This document shows, piece after piece, positions 39,603-49,522 of a DNA stretch of 64,000 nucleotides. This stretch comes from Candidatus Delongbacteria bacterium (lineage in GTDB: Bacteria > CAIWAD01), in the NCBI GenBank assembly GCA_963663545.1, contig OY760505.1, forward strand, positions 1,504,001 through 1,568,000, given 5' to 3'. The translations under genes and the position numbers were made by a program. Under the pieces are notes generated by a model, which did not search any database, was not told the origin of the DNA, and saw nothing but the letters and a program-made list of their open reading frames with translations. Position 1 is the stretch's first letter. Every line of letters starts with the position of its first letter.

Positions 39603-40118
39603 CTATCGGTGAAGACGTCGTGCACCGCGGTAGTGTGTGATCCAATAGGTTTCGCCCAATTCATCCCAGACTACCCCGCGACTTGAACTGGCATGGATAA
39701 AGCGTCCACGTCCATCCGTGATACCAACGTGATTCACGCTCTTGCCTGAAGTCGCAAAGAAAACCAGATCACCCCGTCGCTCCTGACCTGGGGCCACAGC
39801 GATTCCCGTTTGAAACAGCTGTCGACTGGTGCGAGGTATTTCATCTCCGCCCGCATCCATCCAGGCCCTCCAGACGAGTCCACTGCAGTCCATGCCCTTG
39901 CGATCCTCGCCACCATAGCGATACGTCACGCCCAAGTAGCGCTCTGCGGCATCCACCACGTCATCTCGTGATACATAATTAGGTGAAGCACGGCGCTGCG
40001 CTGGCCGCACGGTTTCATCGTTGGAAGGTTGAAAACGAGGGTTTGAGCGTACTCCGCACGACTGAGTGAATAGCGCGATCGTGATACACGTCAACAGCAG
40101 CCGAGTACAACGCTTCAG
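39603..40118 (-). CDS. NlpC/P60 (C40) lipoprotein peptidase
   Basis: YLGVTYRYGG, DCSG, HVGI, FIHASS; lipobox-like TQSC; start uncertain. Confidence 0.88.
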   Translation of the reverse strand: MKRCTRLLLTCITIALFTQSCGVRSNPRFQPSNDETVRPAQRRASPNYVSRDDVVDAAERYLGVTYRYGGEDRKGMDCSGLVWRAWMDAGGDEIPRTSRQLFQTGIAVAPGQERRGDLVFFATSGKSVNHVGITDGRGRFIHASSSRGVVWDELGETYWITHYRGARRLHR

Positions 40119-40122
40119 TGAG

Positions 40123-40662
40123 CTAGCGCGGGAGCAGCCCCTCGTCGCGGTACTCATCCAGGATCTCGACGTAATGCCTACCATTCTCCCGTATTCCCTC
40201 AACTTCTTCGTCTGTCAATTGGCGTTTGATCTTGGCGGGTGTTCCTGCCACCAGAGATCGCGGTGGAATGATCGCACCGCTGAGTACAACAGCACCGGCT
40301 GCAACGACCGATTCTCGTCCGATGATAGCACCGTCCAGAACAGTAGCAGACATGCCGATGAGCGCATCATCCTCAATCGTACACCCGTGCAGCATAGCCA
40401 TGTGGCCAATTGTCACACCGCGCCCGATGCGAAGTGGCCCTGTTTGTGGTGTTACGTGTAGCACGGAACCATCCTGCACATTGCTGCCATCGCCAATTCG
40501 AATCAGCTCAATATCACCTCGCACGACAGCATTGAACCAGATGCCAACATCTTGGCCGATCTCAACATCGCCCATAACAACGGCACCCGACATGACAACA
40601 CTACCACCGCCAAGTACGGGCGCTTTTCCCCGAAAGGGTAGAATCTGTCCGGTTTGTATCAC
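40123..40662 (-). CDS. Gamma carbonic anhydrase family protein
   Basis: VVRGD, SNVQD, TIGHMAMLHGC hexapeptide repeats; GTG start overlapping the upstream stop. Confidence 0.9.
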   Translation of the reverse strand: MIQTGQILPFRGKAPVLGGGSVVMSGAVVMGDVEIGQDVGIWFNAVVRGDIELIRIGDGSNVQDGSVLHVTPQTGPLRIGRGVTIGHMAMLHGCTIEDDALIGMSATVLDGAIIGRESVVAAGAVVLSGAIIPPRSLVAGTPAKIKRQLTDEEVEGIRENGRHYVEILDEYRDEGLLPR

Positions 40663-41819
40663 TGTTTCTCCTTGCGCGCCAAGTAGCGCAGAATAATGCG
40701 AAAGGTAATTCCTGCACCGGGGCGCGTCTCCAACACGAAGATGCGGCCACCGTGATACTGTTGCACGATACGTCGCGCCAGTGAAAGACCAAGTCCCCAT
40801 CCACGTTTCTTCGTTGTGAAGCCGGGTCTGAAGATGTCCTCTTTGAGACTTGGATCGATTCCCTTGCCCGTATCGGTCAGATCAATGTGAATTCGATCCG
40901 ATTTGGGTGATCGCGCACAAATCAGGATCACTCCACCGGTGCTGGCCATCGAATCAAGACTGTTCTTCACCAGATTCTCAATGACCCACTCGAAGAGGAA
41001 CTCATTGAGCATTACTTGCGGTAAATGCGGATCAATCTCGATCTGGAAATGCACATCTCTGCCTGCGCGCGGAATCCGTTGGCTGAAGTAGCCAACAACA
41101 CGTTGTATCACAGTTTCAAGATCAGCTGGCGCTAGATCCACTTCGCTACCGATTTTGCTGAAGCGATAGGCTATTTTCTCAAGACGTCCCGCATCCAGTT
41201 TCATCTGCTCCAGCGCTTCAACCATCCCCGGATCTGACTCCAGTACTTCGATCCAGCCCATGATTGACGAAATTGGAGTGCCTAATTGATGCGCCGTCTC
41301 ACGCGCCATTCCCACCCAGATACCGCTCTCTTCACTGCGCCGGATCTGTCGATATCCAAAGTAACCCAGCAAGCCAAATGCAATTGTCGCCAGTAATACA
41401 ATTACCGGGAAGATCTGCACCTGACGTATCACATCGGAATCACCGTAATGAAAATAGTCGGTGAGCGTGTCGTATTGGAAAGGAATGGGTTCGTGTACCG
41501 CATCCATGCGCGCCATGATCTGGCGGATATGCGCCTGATTTTCTGCATTGCGCTCATCCAGATCAGCAGGCAGGTTCTTCCAGAACTTGGGCTGTCCTTC
41601 ACTATCCGCATAGATCAATGGAAAATCAATCGTGCGTGTAAAGTCCAGGACTTCCTCTGGCGAATACGTGGCAAGCAGACTGTATTGATGAACGCGAATC
41701 TGCAGGTTCTGCGAGGCCTCTTCGCGGAGCTTGACGACCAAATAGCGGGCGTAAGACAGAATGCCGATCACGACCACCACGCCCAGCAAGAAAATGAGCC
41801 CTTTGATGGTTCCACGCAT
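40659..41819 (-). CDS. Membrane sensor histidine kinase
   Basis: Two TMs, ETAHQLGTP, ENLVKN, DTGKG, GWGLGL. Confidence 0.9.
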   Translation of the reverse strand: MRGTIKGLIFLLGVVVVIGILSYARYLVVKLREEASQNLQIRVHQYSLLATYSPEEVLDFTRTIDFPLIYADSEGQPKFWKNLPADLDERNAENQAHIRQIMARMDAVHEPIPFQYDTLTDYFHYGDSDVIRQVQIFPVIVLLATIAFGLLGYFGYRQIRRSEESGIWVGMARETAHQLGTPISSIMGWIEVLESDPGMVEALEQMKLDAGRLEKIAYRFSKIGSEVDLAPADLETVIQRVVGYFSQRIPRAGRDVHFQIEIDPHLPQVMLNEFLFEWVIENLVKNSLDSMASTGGVILICARSPKSDRIHIDLTDTGKGIDPSLKEDIFRPGFTTKKRGWGLGLSLARRIVQQYHGGRIFVLETRPGAGITFRIILRYLARKEKQ

Positions 41820-41836
41820 GTTCGCCCTGCGCAGAA

Positions 41837-42661
41837 TCATGATTCGCCTTGCGATTTGTGGGCTTCCAGCAGCAAACAACCGCCGTAAGTCTTGGGGATG
41901 CGCGTTTCCAGCTCGTTCAGCAGACGCACCGGAATCAGCCAGAACAGCTCCCACAGGCCAACCAGGGGAAGAAGAGCGTGTGATACAGACAGCATTCTCA
42001 TTGGCCAGCGCACACCAAGTCGCCAAGCCACACCACCTACAGCACCGTATGTGGAATGCACGTCTGCTGAATCAAAGCCGTTGCGTGTTACTCGACCTTG
42101 TATCACGCTGTGCTTGTACCCCTCACGGACGTGTTCGCCAACAGAAAACTCGCCGTGTTCCACTTCTTTTTCCGGCATCGATTCGGGCACCGCGGGAGTG
42201 TGTAACACAAGCCGACCGCCGGGTTTGAGCGCACGCGCGAAGCCTGCAAACACCGCCTCGTCGTCAAGAATGTGCTCCATCACGTCCACGTTCAGGATCA
42301 AATCGAACTCGGCCTCAAACTTCAGTTCGAGGAGATCTGCCTGCAGGTAATGGATGCCTTTGATTCCTCGTTGGCGGCAATACTCCTCTAACCCATCCAA
42401 TGCTGCCTGTTTGATGTCAACGGCAACAATCTCAGCTTCTGGAAAAAGCCGCCGCAGAAAGAGCGTGTACTGTCCATAGCCCGTGCCGGCGTCCAGAATG
42501 CGTTGCGGTCTTAGACCCGCTCGCTGCAATTGACGCAAACGGCGACGAATCTCCAACTCCCGCAAGAAAACCTGCCGGGTCATCAGCATAACCAGGGTGC
42601 GAATCCACGGACGCCGGGCGAAGCCGCGGGCCAATCGGTCTTTAATGGGGTCGTAATCCAT
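41837..42661 (-). CDS. Class I SAM-dependent methyltransferase
   Basis: ILDAGTGYG, DVMEHI, LKPGG, HVREGY. Confidence 0.85.
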   Translation of the reverse strand: MDYDPIKDRLARGFARRPWIRTLVMLMTRQVFLRELEIRRRLRQLQRAGLRPQRILDAGTGYGQYTLFLRRLFPEAEIVAVDIKQAALDGLEEYCRQRGIKGIHYLQADLLELKFEAEFDLILNVDVMEHILDDEAVFAGFARALKPGGRLVLHTPAVPESMPEKEVEHGEFSVGEHVREGYKHSVIQGRVTRNGFDSADVHSTYGAVGGVAWRLGVRWPMRMLSVSHALLPLVGLWELFWLIPVRLLNELETRIPKTYGGCLLLEAHKSQGES

Positions 42662-42955
42662 ACTGGAAGGTAGCAGTTAGGCTAGCAGAACACCAATGGA
42701 TAGTATTGTCAGAAATCCGTCAGATTTTGCACAGAGCACACAGAATCGTAGACAAGCTACTCGCGTTAAGCATTTAATAATTCATAACGGGGAAGGAGGT
42801 CCGCTTTTTGCGGGTGACAGCCTGTCCTAAACCTGACGAACTCACCACATCCGTGACCTGATTCCCCGAATACCGGGCGTGGTGCGCGTCTTCTGTTCAA
42901 AACTGAATCCATGTTCGCGACCCCCCAGTTTCGAACGCCGACAAAGGAGAACCTA

Positions 42956-43969
42956 ATGAAGCTTCGTACCCTGCTTTTTGCTGGCGCTGTCATGGTTGGA
43001 ATGGCCACAACAGCACAGGCGCAGATCTGGTGCAACATTCAGTGGCCGACGCCGGGCAACACAGTGGCCGGCAACGGTGACCTGACGGTCTACTCGCAGA
43101 TCTGGCTGCAAGATTGCACCCCTGGCTGCGGCGATTTGGTTGGTGAGCTGTACTATCGCGCCGAGGGCGAAACTGCGTTTACCGGCATTACGATGGCGTA
43201 CAACACCGCCGCGGGTAACAACGATGAGTACTCCGGAATCATTCCGCAGGCCGCGCTCGCAGGAAACACTGTCGATCTGTACGTGCGTTACATCCAGTTC
43301 AGCACTGGCGACGAATTCTATGCCAACGACGGTTACAATGACGACAATCCGGCCGTCTACTACATCGAGCACGCTGGTACCACGGTTGACTTCCAATATT
43401 TCGTTTGCGTGGACACTCATTGCATCGACGTCGATGCCGCTGGCATTGGTGTGACCGGAACCTTCAACGGCTGGGCCGACATTCTGCCGCTGTGCGAGAC
43501 AACAACAGATCTGTGGTGTGGCTGCATTGAGATTCCCGCTGGTACAACACCGCCCAGCTTCAGCTTCAAATTCCGCAATGGCACGGAATGGGAAAACAGC
43601 ATTGGCGACCGCACTTACACAATCGCCACTGGCCAGACTTGCGCAACTGGTGACTATCTGTGGGACGACTGGGATTGCGTAGTTGCCAGCGTTGACGAGA
43701 CGCCGCTGGAGTACACCTTGTCGCAGAACTATCCGAACCCCTTCAACCCCAGCACGACCATCAATTTCACTCTGGCCGAGACCGCCAGTGTTGAATTGAC
43801 AGTGTTCGATCTGATGGGACGCAAGGTCGCCACCTTGGCCCAGGGCTTGACCGAGGCGGGTGATCACAGTATTGAGTTCAACGCTGAGAACCTGAGCAGC
43901 GGCATCTACATCTACACGCTGAATGCGGGCGATGTCCAGATGAGCCGTCGCATGGTCCTCGTTAAGTAA
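42956..43969 (+). CDS. Secreted protein with CBM-like modules and secretion C-terminal domain
   Basis: Signal peptide, NIQWP, GNNDEY, GTFNGW..FKFRNG..WE, C-terminal QNYPNPFNPSTTI...MVLVK. Confidence 0.8.
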   Translation: MKLRTLLFAGAVMVGMATTAQAQIWCNIQWPTPGNTVAGNGDLTVYSQIWLQDCTPGCGDLVGELYYRAEGETAFTGITMAYNTAAGNNDEYSGIIPQAALAGNTVDLYVRYIQFSTGDEFYANDGYNDDNPAVYYIEHAGTTVDFQYFVCVDTHCIDVDAAGIGVTGTFNGWADILPLCETTTDLWCGCIEIPAGTTPPSFSFKFRNGTEWENSIGDRTYTIATGQTCATGDYLWDDWDCVVASVDETPLEYTLSQNYPNPFNPSTTINFTLAETASVELTVFDLMGRKVATLAQGLTEAGDHSIEFNAENLSSGIYIYTLNAGDVQMSRRMVLVK

Positions 43970-44021
43970 TTGAGTTGCGGCGGCGTGCCACCGCACTTTT
44001 TTGGATGACGGAGAGGTGATT

Positions 44022-44202
44022 GGTTGGGCTGTTCGTGAGACCCGCGTAACACACCCGCCCGGCCCCGACCGCCCGGGTGTATGCGAAACTTCGGGAATGA
44101 TTCCCGGGGCGGGTCAAGCGGTTGTCGACCCGTGGAAGTCCGGAAAGACGTGATCAGCAACTCAGGTCTCACGCGACCATAAGTCTGAAGACAGCTACAA
44201 CC
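44022..44202 (+). ncRNA. Unidentified multi-stem structured RNA candidate
   Basis: Nested stems 44022-33/44190-202 and 44034-42/44165-73 (perfect 9 bp), three internal hairpins, G-U pairs favour the + strand; follows the upstream gene's terminator. Confidence 0.5.
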
Positions 44203-44203
44203 T

Positions 44204-44229
44204 AAAGGCCCCAATCGCGGGGCCTTTTT
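44204..44229 (+). terminator. Intrinsic terminator
   Basis: AAAGGCCCC-aatcgc-GGGGCCTTTTT. Confidence 0.8.
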
Positions 44230-44240
44230 ATATTTGGCGC

Positions 44241-44585
44241 ATGATGGAACATGACATTCGCCCCTGGGGCGCCTATTACGTCTTGGCCGATGAGGTCGAT
44301 CACAAGGTGAAGCGCATCGTTGTCAAGCCCGGCTGCCGCCTCAGCCTGCAGCGACACCAGCAGCGCAGCGAGCATTGGCACGTGGTCAGCGGCAAAGCGC
44401 TTGTCACGCTTGACGAGCAGCAGATTCCTCTGACGGCGGGAGAATCCGTGGACATTCCGCTGCGCGCGTGGCACCGCGTAGCCTGTATCAGCGCTGAGGA
44501 TCTGGTCTTCATTGAAGTGCAGCATGGCAGCTATTTCGGTGAGGACGATATCGAGCGCCGCGAGGACGATTTCGGCAGAAGCTGA
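44241..44585 (+). CDS. Stand-alone type II phosphomannose isomerase C-terminal cupin
   Basis: RPWG, LSLQRH..RSEHW, IEVQHGSYFGEDDIER. Confidence 0.9.
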   Translation: MMEHDIRPWGAYYVLADEVDHKVKRIVVKPGCRLSLQRHQQRSEHWHVVSGKALVTLDEQQIPLTAGESVDIPLRAWHRVACISAEDLVFIEVQHGSYFGEDDIERREDDFGRS

Positions 44586-44867
44586 GCCAAAGAGAAACGG
44601 CGCCAAAAGGCGCCGCGCTCCGGGATGTATCCCCTCGCGAATGCCACCGGTGGCCCGGCGCATCTCGCTTCCCGTCAGTAATCGACGGGGAAGATGCAAG
44701 CTTTGTGCCTGTTTCACACACATAGACAATCGGCTACAGCGCTTACAGTGCCACTCTTGGCGCACTGAGGAATGTTCAGAATCGGGCAAACAACGTTTGA
44801 TTCTTGAACACAACCCTAATGCACAAAGGCAAGGATCGGTTGACTAGCTGAGTGAATAAATAAACTA

Positions 44868-45965
44868 TAGGGCTACTTAGAAGTCCTGTCCGAAACACGA
44901 CATACAGACTTGACGCGTGATGGGTTTTCGAAGAGCGATGTAACAGCTTCCACCAGGCGATCTAGCAACTCCTCGTGAGAACTACCGTACCAACCTGCAA
45001 ACCAGTGCTCTTTGATGTACTTCCACAGACGCTCGATCGGATTCAGATCTGGCGAGTACGGCGGAAGATAAAGCGGCTTGATGTTGTGCCAATTCAAACA
45101 CTTAGCGTGATGCCACGAAGCATTATCCAGCACCATAACCGTCGGTCGCCCATGGGTTTGATGGTCGAACTCATCCAGAAAGACCTGGAACACCTCTGCA
45201 TTCGTTCTGCTGAAAACGAGCGTAGTGAATTCGCCAGTATCCGGTTGAATCGCACCAATCAAGCTTTGACGGATGTGCTTTCCAGTGACTGGACAGACCG
45301 GCTTCGTGCCTCTCTTCGCCCACTGGGCCTTCGGCCTTGGGTCCGCCAAGAAGCCAGCCTCGTCCATGAACCAGACCTGAACCTCGTGATTATTAAGGGC
45401 TTGATGCAGGCCGTCGACAAACACTTCGCGCTTTTCGTCGTCGCGTTCGGGGGATTCGGGCCGTGGCACTAAACGCCGATAGCCTGCATCGCGCACCAGA
45501 CGAGTCAAAGTGGAATAGCCAATCTGATGCGCCAGGACCGGTTTGATCTGCTCGTGCAGCTTCAGAAGGGTCCAGTGAGATTCACCCACAAACTCAGGGT
45601 GATCCAGATTGTAGAGGATGATCTCCTCCTCAATCTCTGAGACGAGCGACGGTCGGCCAGCACGGCTTGCGCTGGCTAGGGAATCAATCCCGCCCTCGTT
45701 GAAAAGCTGGATGTAGCGTCGAACAGAACGTGTGCTAACCATTGCGATATCAGCTATTTGTTCTTCGCTGTGGCCCTTGATGGCCAGTCGGACAACCGCC
45801 AGTCGATTGGCCATATCTCTGTCGGCTGTGGCGCGAATGGTCAGTTCGATATTGGCAAGGCTATCGTTTTCGGGGTTGGGTGGTATGACTTGTCGCATGC
45901 ATCAAGATGAGACTTTCAGCCGAGCAAAAACAGAGGGTCTTGGACAGAGCTTATGAGCACCCCTA
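44868..45965 (-). mobile_element. IS630-family insertion sequence, apparently intact
   Basis: Imperfect terminal IRs (TAGGGctacttagaagtcctgtcc / TAGGGgtgctcataagctctgtcc), TA duplications at 44866-67 and 45966-67. Confidence 0.9.
44873..45898 (-). CDS. IS630 transposase
   Basis: HTH plus WFMDEAG, LDNASWH, PPYSPDLNPIERLW. Confidence 0.95.
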   Translation of the reverse strand: MRQVIPPNPENDSLANIELTIRATADRDMANRLAVVRLAIKGHSEEQIADIAMVSTRSVRRYIQLFNEGGIDSLASASRAGRPSLVSEIEEEIILYNLDHPEFVGESHWTLLKLHEQIKPVLAHQIGYSTLTRLVRDAGYRRLVPRPESPERDDEKREVFVDGLHQALNNHEVQVWFMDEAGFLADPRPKAQWAKRGTKPVCPVTGKHIRQSLIGAIQPDTGEFTTLVFSRTNAEVFQVFLDEFDHQTHGRPTVMVLDNASWHHAKCLNWHNIKPLYLPPYSPDLNPIERLWKYIKEHWFAGWYGSSHEELLDRLVEAVTSLFENPSRVKSVCRVSDRTSK

Positions 45966-46234
45966 TAAGACAAGAACAACGAGTGAACTGCCCGTGATGC
46001 GGTTGGAGGATTCTCGTCTGAAGTATGCGAAAGGCCAATTGCCTGACTCGCGGTGTTTGATCGAGAAAGCTCCAGACGGACACCAGAACGTGCGGTAGCC
46101 AACCCGCGGATATCAGTCTGATTCACCGTCGATGAATCACGGGAGGCAAGAAGCCCCCGGTTCCCTTCCGGGACCGGGGGCCTTGAAAACAAACATTGGG
46201 AATCAAGTAAGCCCTTGACTTCGGTCGTTCCATA

Positions 46235-46438
46235 TCACTTCACAAGTGTGATTTGAATGCACTCCGTGTGACCGCCGAGCTCGAGACTGCAGGTGTATAC
46301 TCCCGATGCTAGACGGGACGCGTCAAAATTGAACGTGTGTGATCCTGCAACCAGATGTCCTTTGAACACCGAGGCCACTTCCTGCCCAAGGCTATTGAAA
46401 ACCAAAAGGTTTGCATCACCTGGATTTGGTGTCTCAAG
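46235..46438 (-). pseudogene. C-terminal secretion-domain remnant abutting IS3 end
   Basis: VFNSLGQEV..GSHTFNFDASRLASGVY..ITLVK*; 5' part replaced by the IS. Confidence 0.7.
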
Positions 46439-46502
46439 AGAAGTGGACCCCATTCGCTGGACAGTTTGGCGGCGTAGTTAAGGTGGACTCCCTGTGCATG
46501 GC

Positions 46503-47357
46503 TCATGCCGCCTTTTCTTCCGGCTCTTGAAGGTACGTTTCAAAAGGCGTTCTTCCGCCCTCGAGTGAAGAGTGCGGACGGTCGTGGTTGTAGTAGCGCA
46601 TCCAATCGTCGATCAGCCTTCTGGCCCCCCCTCCCGTCTCCAGCTCGTGCAAGTAAATGCACTCGTACTTCAGCGAGCGCCAGAGTCGCTCAATGAAGCG
46701 GTTGTCCATCCAGCGGCCCCTGCCATCCATCGAAATGCGAATTCCTTCCTGCTTCAGCACTCCTGTGAAGTCCAGACTGGTGAATTGGCTACCCTGGTCC
46801 GTGTTGAAGACCTCCGGTCGTCCATACCTCCGTATTGCCTCTTCCAGCGCTTCCACGCAGAAGTGGCTGTCCATTGTGTTACTGAGGCGCCAGGACAGTA
46901 CTGCGCGTGTTGCCCAGTCCATGATGGCCACCAAGTACAGGAAGCCACGGCGCATCGGGATGTAGGTGATGTCCGCGCACCAGACCTGGTTCGGACGATC
47001 AATCACCATGTGTCTGAGCAGATAAGGGTAGATCTTGTGTTGCGGGTGTGGCTCGCTGGTCTTTGGCGCGCAGTAGATCGCTGCCATGCCCATCTTGCGC
47101 ATCAAGCGTTGCACGCGCTTTCGTCCCACGCAGTAGCCTTGGCGACGCAGGTAGCGCGCCATCTGTCTGGATCCCAGGAAGGGGTGCTGCATGAATTCTT
47201 CGTCGATCAAGCGCATCAGCTTCAGGTTGAGCGGCGATTCGCCCTTGCCCGTGTAGTAGAAGGACGAGCGGGCGATGGACACCAACTGACACTGCCTGTG
47301 GATGCTGAGCCTGGGGTGATTGGGATCCACCATCTCGACTCTCCGACCGTGGCTCAT
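46503..47357 (-). CDS. IS3 transposase OrfB (integrase core)
   Basis: WCADITYI, NTDQGSQF, DNRFIERLWRSLKYE. Confidence 0.95.
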   Translation of the reverse strand: MSHGRRVEMVDPNHPRLSIHRQCQLVSIARSSFYYTGKGESPLNLKLMRLIDEEFMQHPFLGSRQMARYLRRQGYCVGRKRVQRLMRKMGMAAIYCAPKTSEPHPQHKIYPYLLRHMVIDRPNQVWCADITYIPMRRGFLYLVAIMDWATRAVLSWRLSNTMDSHFCVEALEEAIRRYGRPEVFNTDQGSQFTSLDFTGVLKQEGIRISMDGRGRWMDNRFIERLWRSLKYECIYLHELETGGGARRLIDDWMRYYNHDRPHSSLEGGRTPFETYLQEPEEKAA

Positions 47358-47635
47358 CGACCGAAGGCTTTGGCTAAAAAATCCCGTTCCATGGTCAGCT
47401 GGCCGACCTTGGCCTGCAGATCCTTGATTTCGGCTTCACGACCATCTGTAGCGAGCTCGCTTTTCTTGGCGAAGAGGGCAGGCAGATCCTCCTGCACCTT
47501 GCGTTTCCATTGGGCGATCATGTTGGGGTGCAGGTCGTGTTTTGCAGCCAGCTCAGCCAGCGTGTAGGCCCCGGACAGCGCTTCCAACGCAACACGGGCT
47601 TTGAATTCGGCAGGGAAAGTACGTCGTTTCTTCAT
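47354..47635 (-). CDS. IS3 transposase OrfA
   Basis: KKRRTFPAEFKARVALEA HTH; slippery T TTT TTA at 47375-47381 and ATGA overlap with orfB. Confidence 0.92.
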   Translation of the reverse strand: MKKRRTFPAEFKARVALEALSGAYTLAELAAKHDLHPNMIAQWKRKVQEDLPALFAKKSELATDGREAEIKDLQAKVGQLTMERDFLAKAFGR

Positions 47636-47705
47636 GGCTCCAGTCCTCATGTCGATAGGATGGGAGACACCTTAACATACTGTCCGAAAAAGCGGCCCCA
47701 CTTCT

Positions 47706-48035
47706 GTATTCCCAGGAATTCCCAAAATCTCGGCTATATAATATTTCATTACCATTCTTTCGTATAACCTGGTTTGGTGAGTATTGGTTTACATAAATTG
47801 ATCCAATAGTCTGAAATATGACTTGTTGATAAGGATTCCAAGTCACCCCCTGGTCATTGGAATACGCATTATGTAGGTACAAATTGTTCGCATTCATAGG
47901 ATCCACTGTGAGAATGGCAAGCTCACCACTACTAACCAACGAATCCGGAATACTCAATTCCCGAGTATTCCAACATGTTGCAAAGCTCTGGAGTGTCACA
48001 ATCAATGGCACAATAGGAAATATCATCTCTCTCAT
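47706..48035 (-). pseudogene. N-terminal fragment of secreted BNR-repeat protein truncated by IS3
   Basis: GGAGG RBS, ATG 48035, signal-like N-terminus, SNDQGVTW and SRDFGNSW repeats; runs into the IS end. Confidence 0.7.
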
Positions 48036-48159
48036 TACTCTCCCTCCGCCACCAGTGAGACCCCTAGTAAAACGATCAGCAAGAAGAATCTCTTCATACC
48101 GCGTCCTCTCTTCCCTGAATACTGAAACCTGCAGGAGAGTACCACACGCCAACGAAAGC

Positions 48160-48630
48160 TCATGGCACCTGACTATAAGAACACTGAGCAACGCGCCAAC
48201 CGCCTCCATGACAATAACACGCCAAGGAGTAGCTCGTAATCCGGCTCTGTCTATTTCTGAACACAAAATTGCTCCAGTCGCACCAATAGAGAACGAATCG
48301 GTGATGCTCAGGCCTCGCTGCACCGCTCGGATAAATCCATACAGAACAACAGGGGGACCTTCTCATCTTGGCAATGGCCCTATACACCACCCACACCGCA
48401 TCCTGACACAACCGCCGCAGCTGCCACTCATCCCCATCACTCAATCGCTGCGACAACTTCACCCTTTCCCCCGACTTCACATCCGTCCGATACGCCGTTG
48501 CGTGCCACCGGCCCGTGGGCTGTTCCACGGCTTCGATGGTGACGTGGTAGACGGGCCTGGGCTTGCCCTGCTGTTCGAGTTTAAGTTCCATTCCAGATTC
48601 GCCGTCGCTGTTGCTGCTGTTATGTAACAC
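48160..48630 (-). CDS. Hypothetical protein (C-terminal half doubtful)
   Basis: ORF only; the N-terminal half looks protein-like. Confidence 0.3.
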   Translation of the reverse strand: MLHNSSNSDGESGMELKLEQQGKPRPVYHVTIEAVEQPTGRWHATAYRTDVKSGERVKLSQRLSDGDEWQLRRLCQDAVWVVYRAIAKMRRSPCCSVWIYPSGAARPEHHRFVLYWCDWSNFVFRNRQSRITSYSLACYCHGGGWRVAQCSYSQVP

Positions 48631-48875
48631 TCCGCTATCCTTTATCCAACGAGAACTTCTCCCCCCGAGTAATTCTGTTACTCATCACCCCCTCTACTCA
48701 GTATCTTGTACCTACACCATACAGATTTAGCTTCACGCACTAAACGAACAGAACGCATCTGTCAGGAATATGCGCAAGCAATAATTAGCTCATGAGGGTG
48801 ATGGCTATGAAACGATCAAAGCTACGCATATAGTCCACAAGAGTAGTGGCTGCTGCTGGCCTAGTGGGAGTGCTA

Positions 48876-49522
48876 TAGGGCTACTTAGATGTCTTGTCCG
48901 AAACACGGCACACAGACCTAACGCGTAGTGTGTTCTCGAACAGCGACTTGACCGCCTCCACCAGACGCTCCAGCAATTTTTCGTGGGTCTTGCAGTACCA
49001 GCCCGTAAACCAGCTATCTTTTATGTACTTCCATAGACGCTCAGTTGGGTTCAAATCAGGCGTGTCAGTGTGGAGTAGCCAGTCTGATGGGCCAGGATCG
49101 GTTTGATCCGCACGTGCAGCTTCAGAAGAGTCCAGTGGGATTCTCCCACGAACTCAGGGTGATCCACATTGTAGAGGATTACCTCCACCCCAACATCTGA
49201 GACGAGCGGCGGTCGTCCAGCACGGCTTGCGCTGGCAAGGGAATCAATCCCGCCCTCGTTGAAAAGCTGGATATTGCGTCGAACAGAACGTGTGCTAACC
49301 ATTTCGATTTCAGCAATTTGCTCTTCGCTGTGGCCCTAGATGGCCAGCCGGACAACCGCCAGTCGATTGGCCATATCTCTGTCGGCTGTGGCGCGTATGG
49401 TCAGTTCGATATTGGCAAGGCTATCGTTTTCGGGGTTGGGCGTTTCGATTTGAAGCATGCTTCAAAGTGCAGAAACTCGCTGAGCAGAAACAGGGAGTGG
49501 CCAGAAACTATGGGCCCCCCCA
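48876..49522 (-). mobile_element. Degenerate, internally deleted relative of the IS630 element
   Basis: Same left end TATAGGGCTACTTAGA; about 450 bp deleted near 49061; AAG>TAG stop at 49336-38; eroded right end. Confidence 0.85.

Larger units (their letters stand above)
46439..47705 (-). mobile_element. IS3-family insertion sequence
   Basis: IRs AGAAGTGG..N11..GGACAG at both ends; orfA/orfB; no flanking direct repeat. Confidence 0.9.

Noticed and set aside
44022..44202. Assignment as 6S RNA, glycine/lysine/cobalamin/c-di-AMP riboswitch or group I intron
   Set aside because: It is multi-branched rather than a rod with a central bubble; only short fragments resemble those consensus motifs and the required partner elements are missing.
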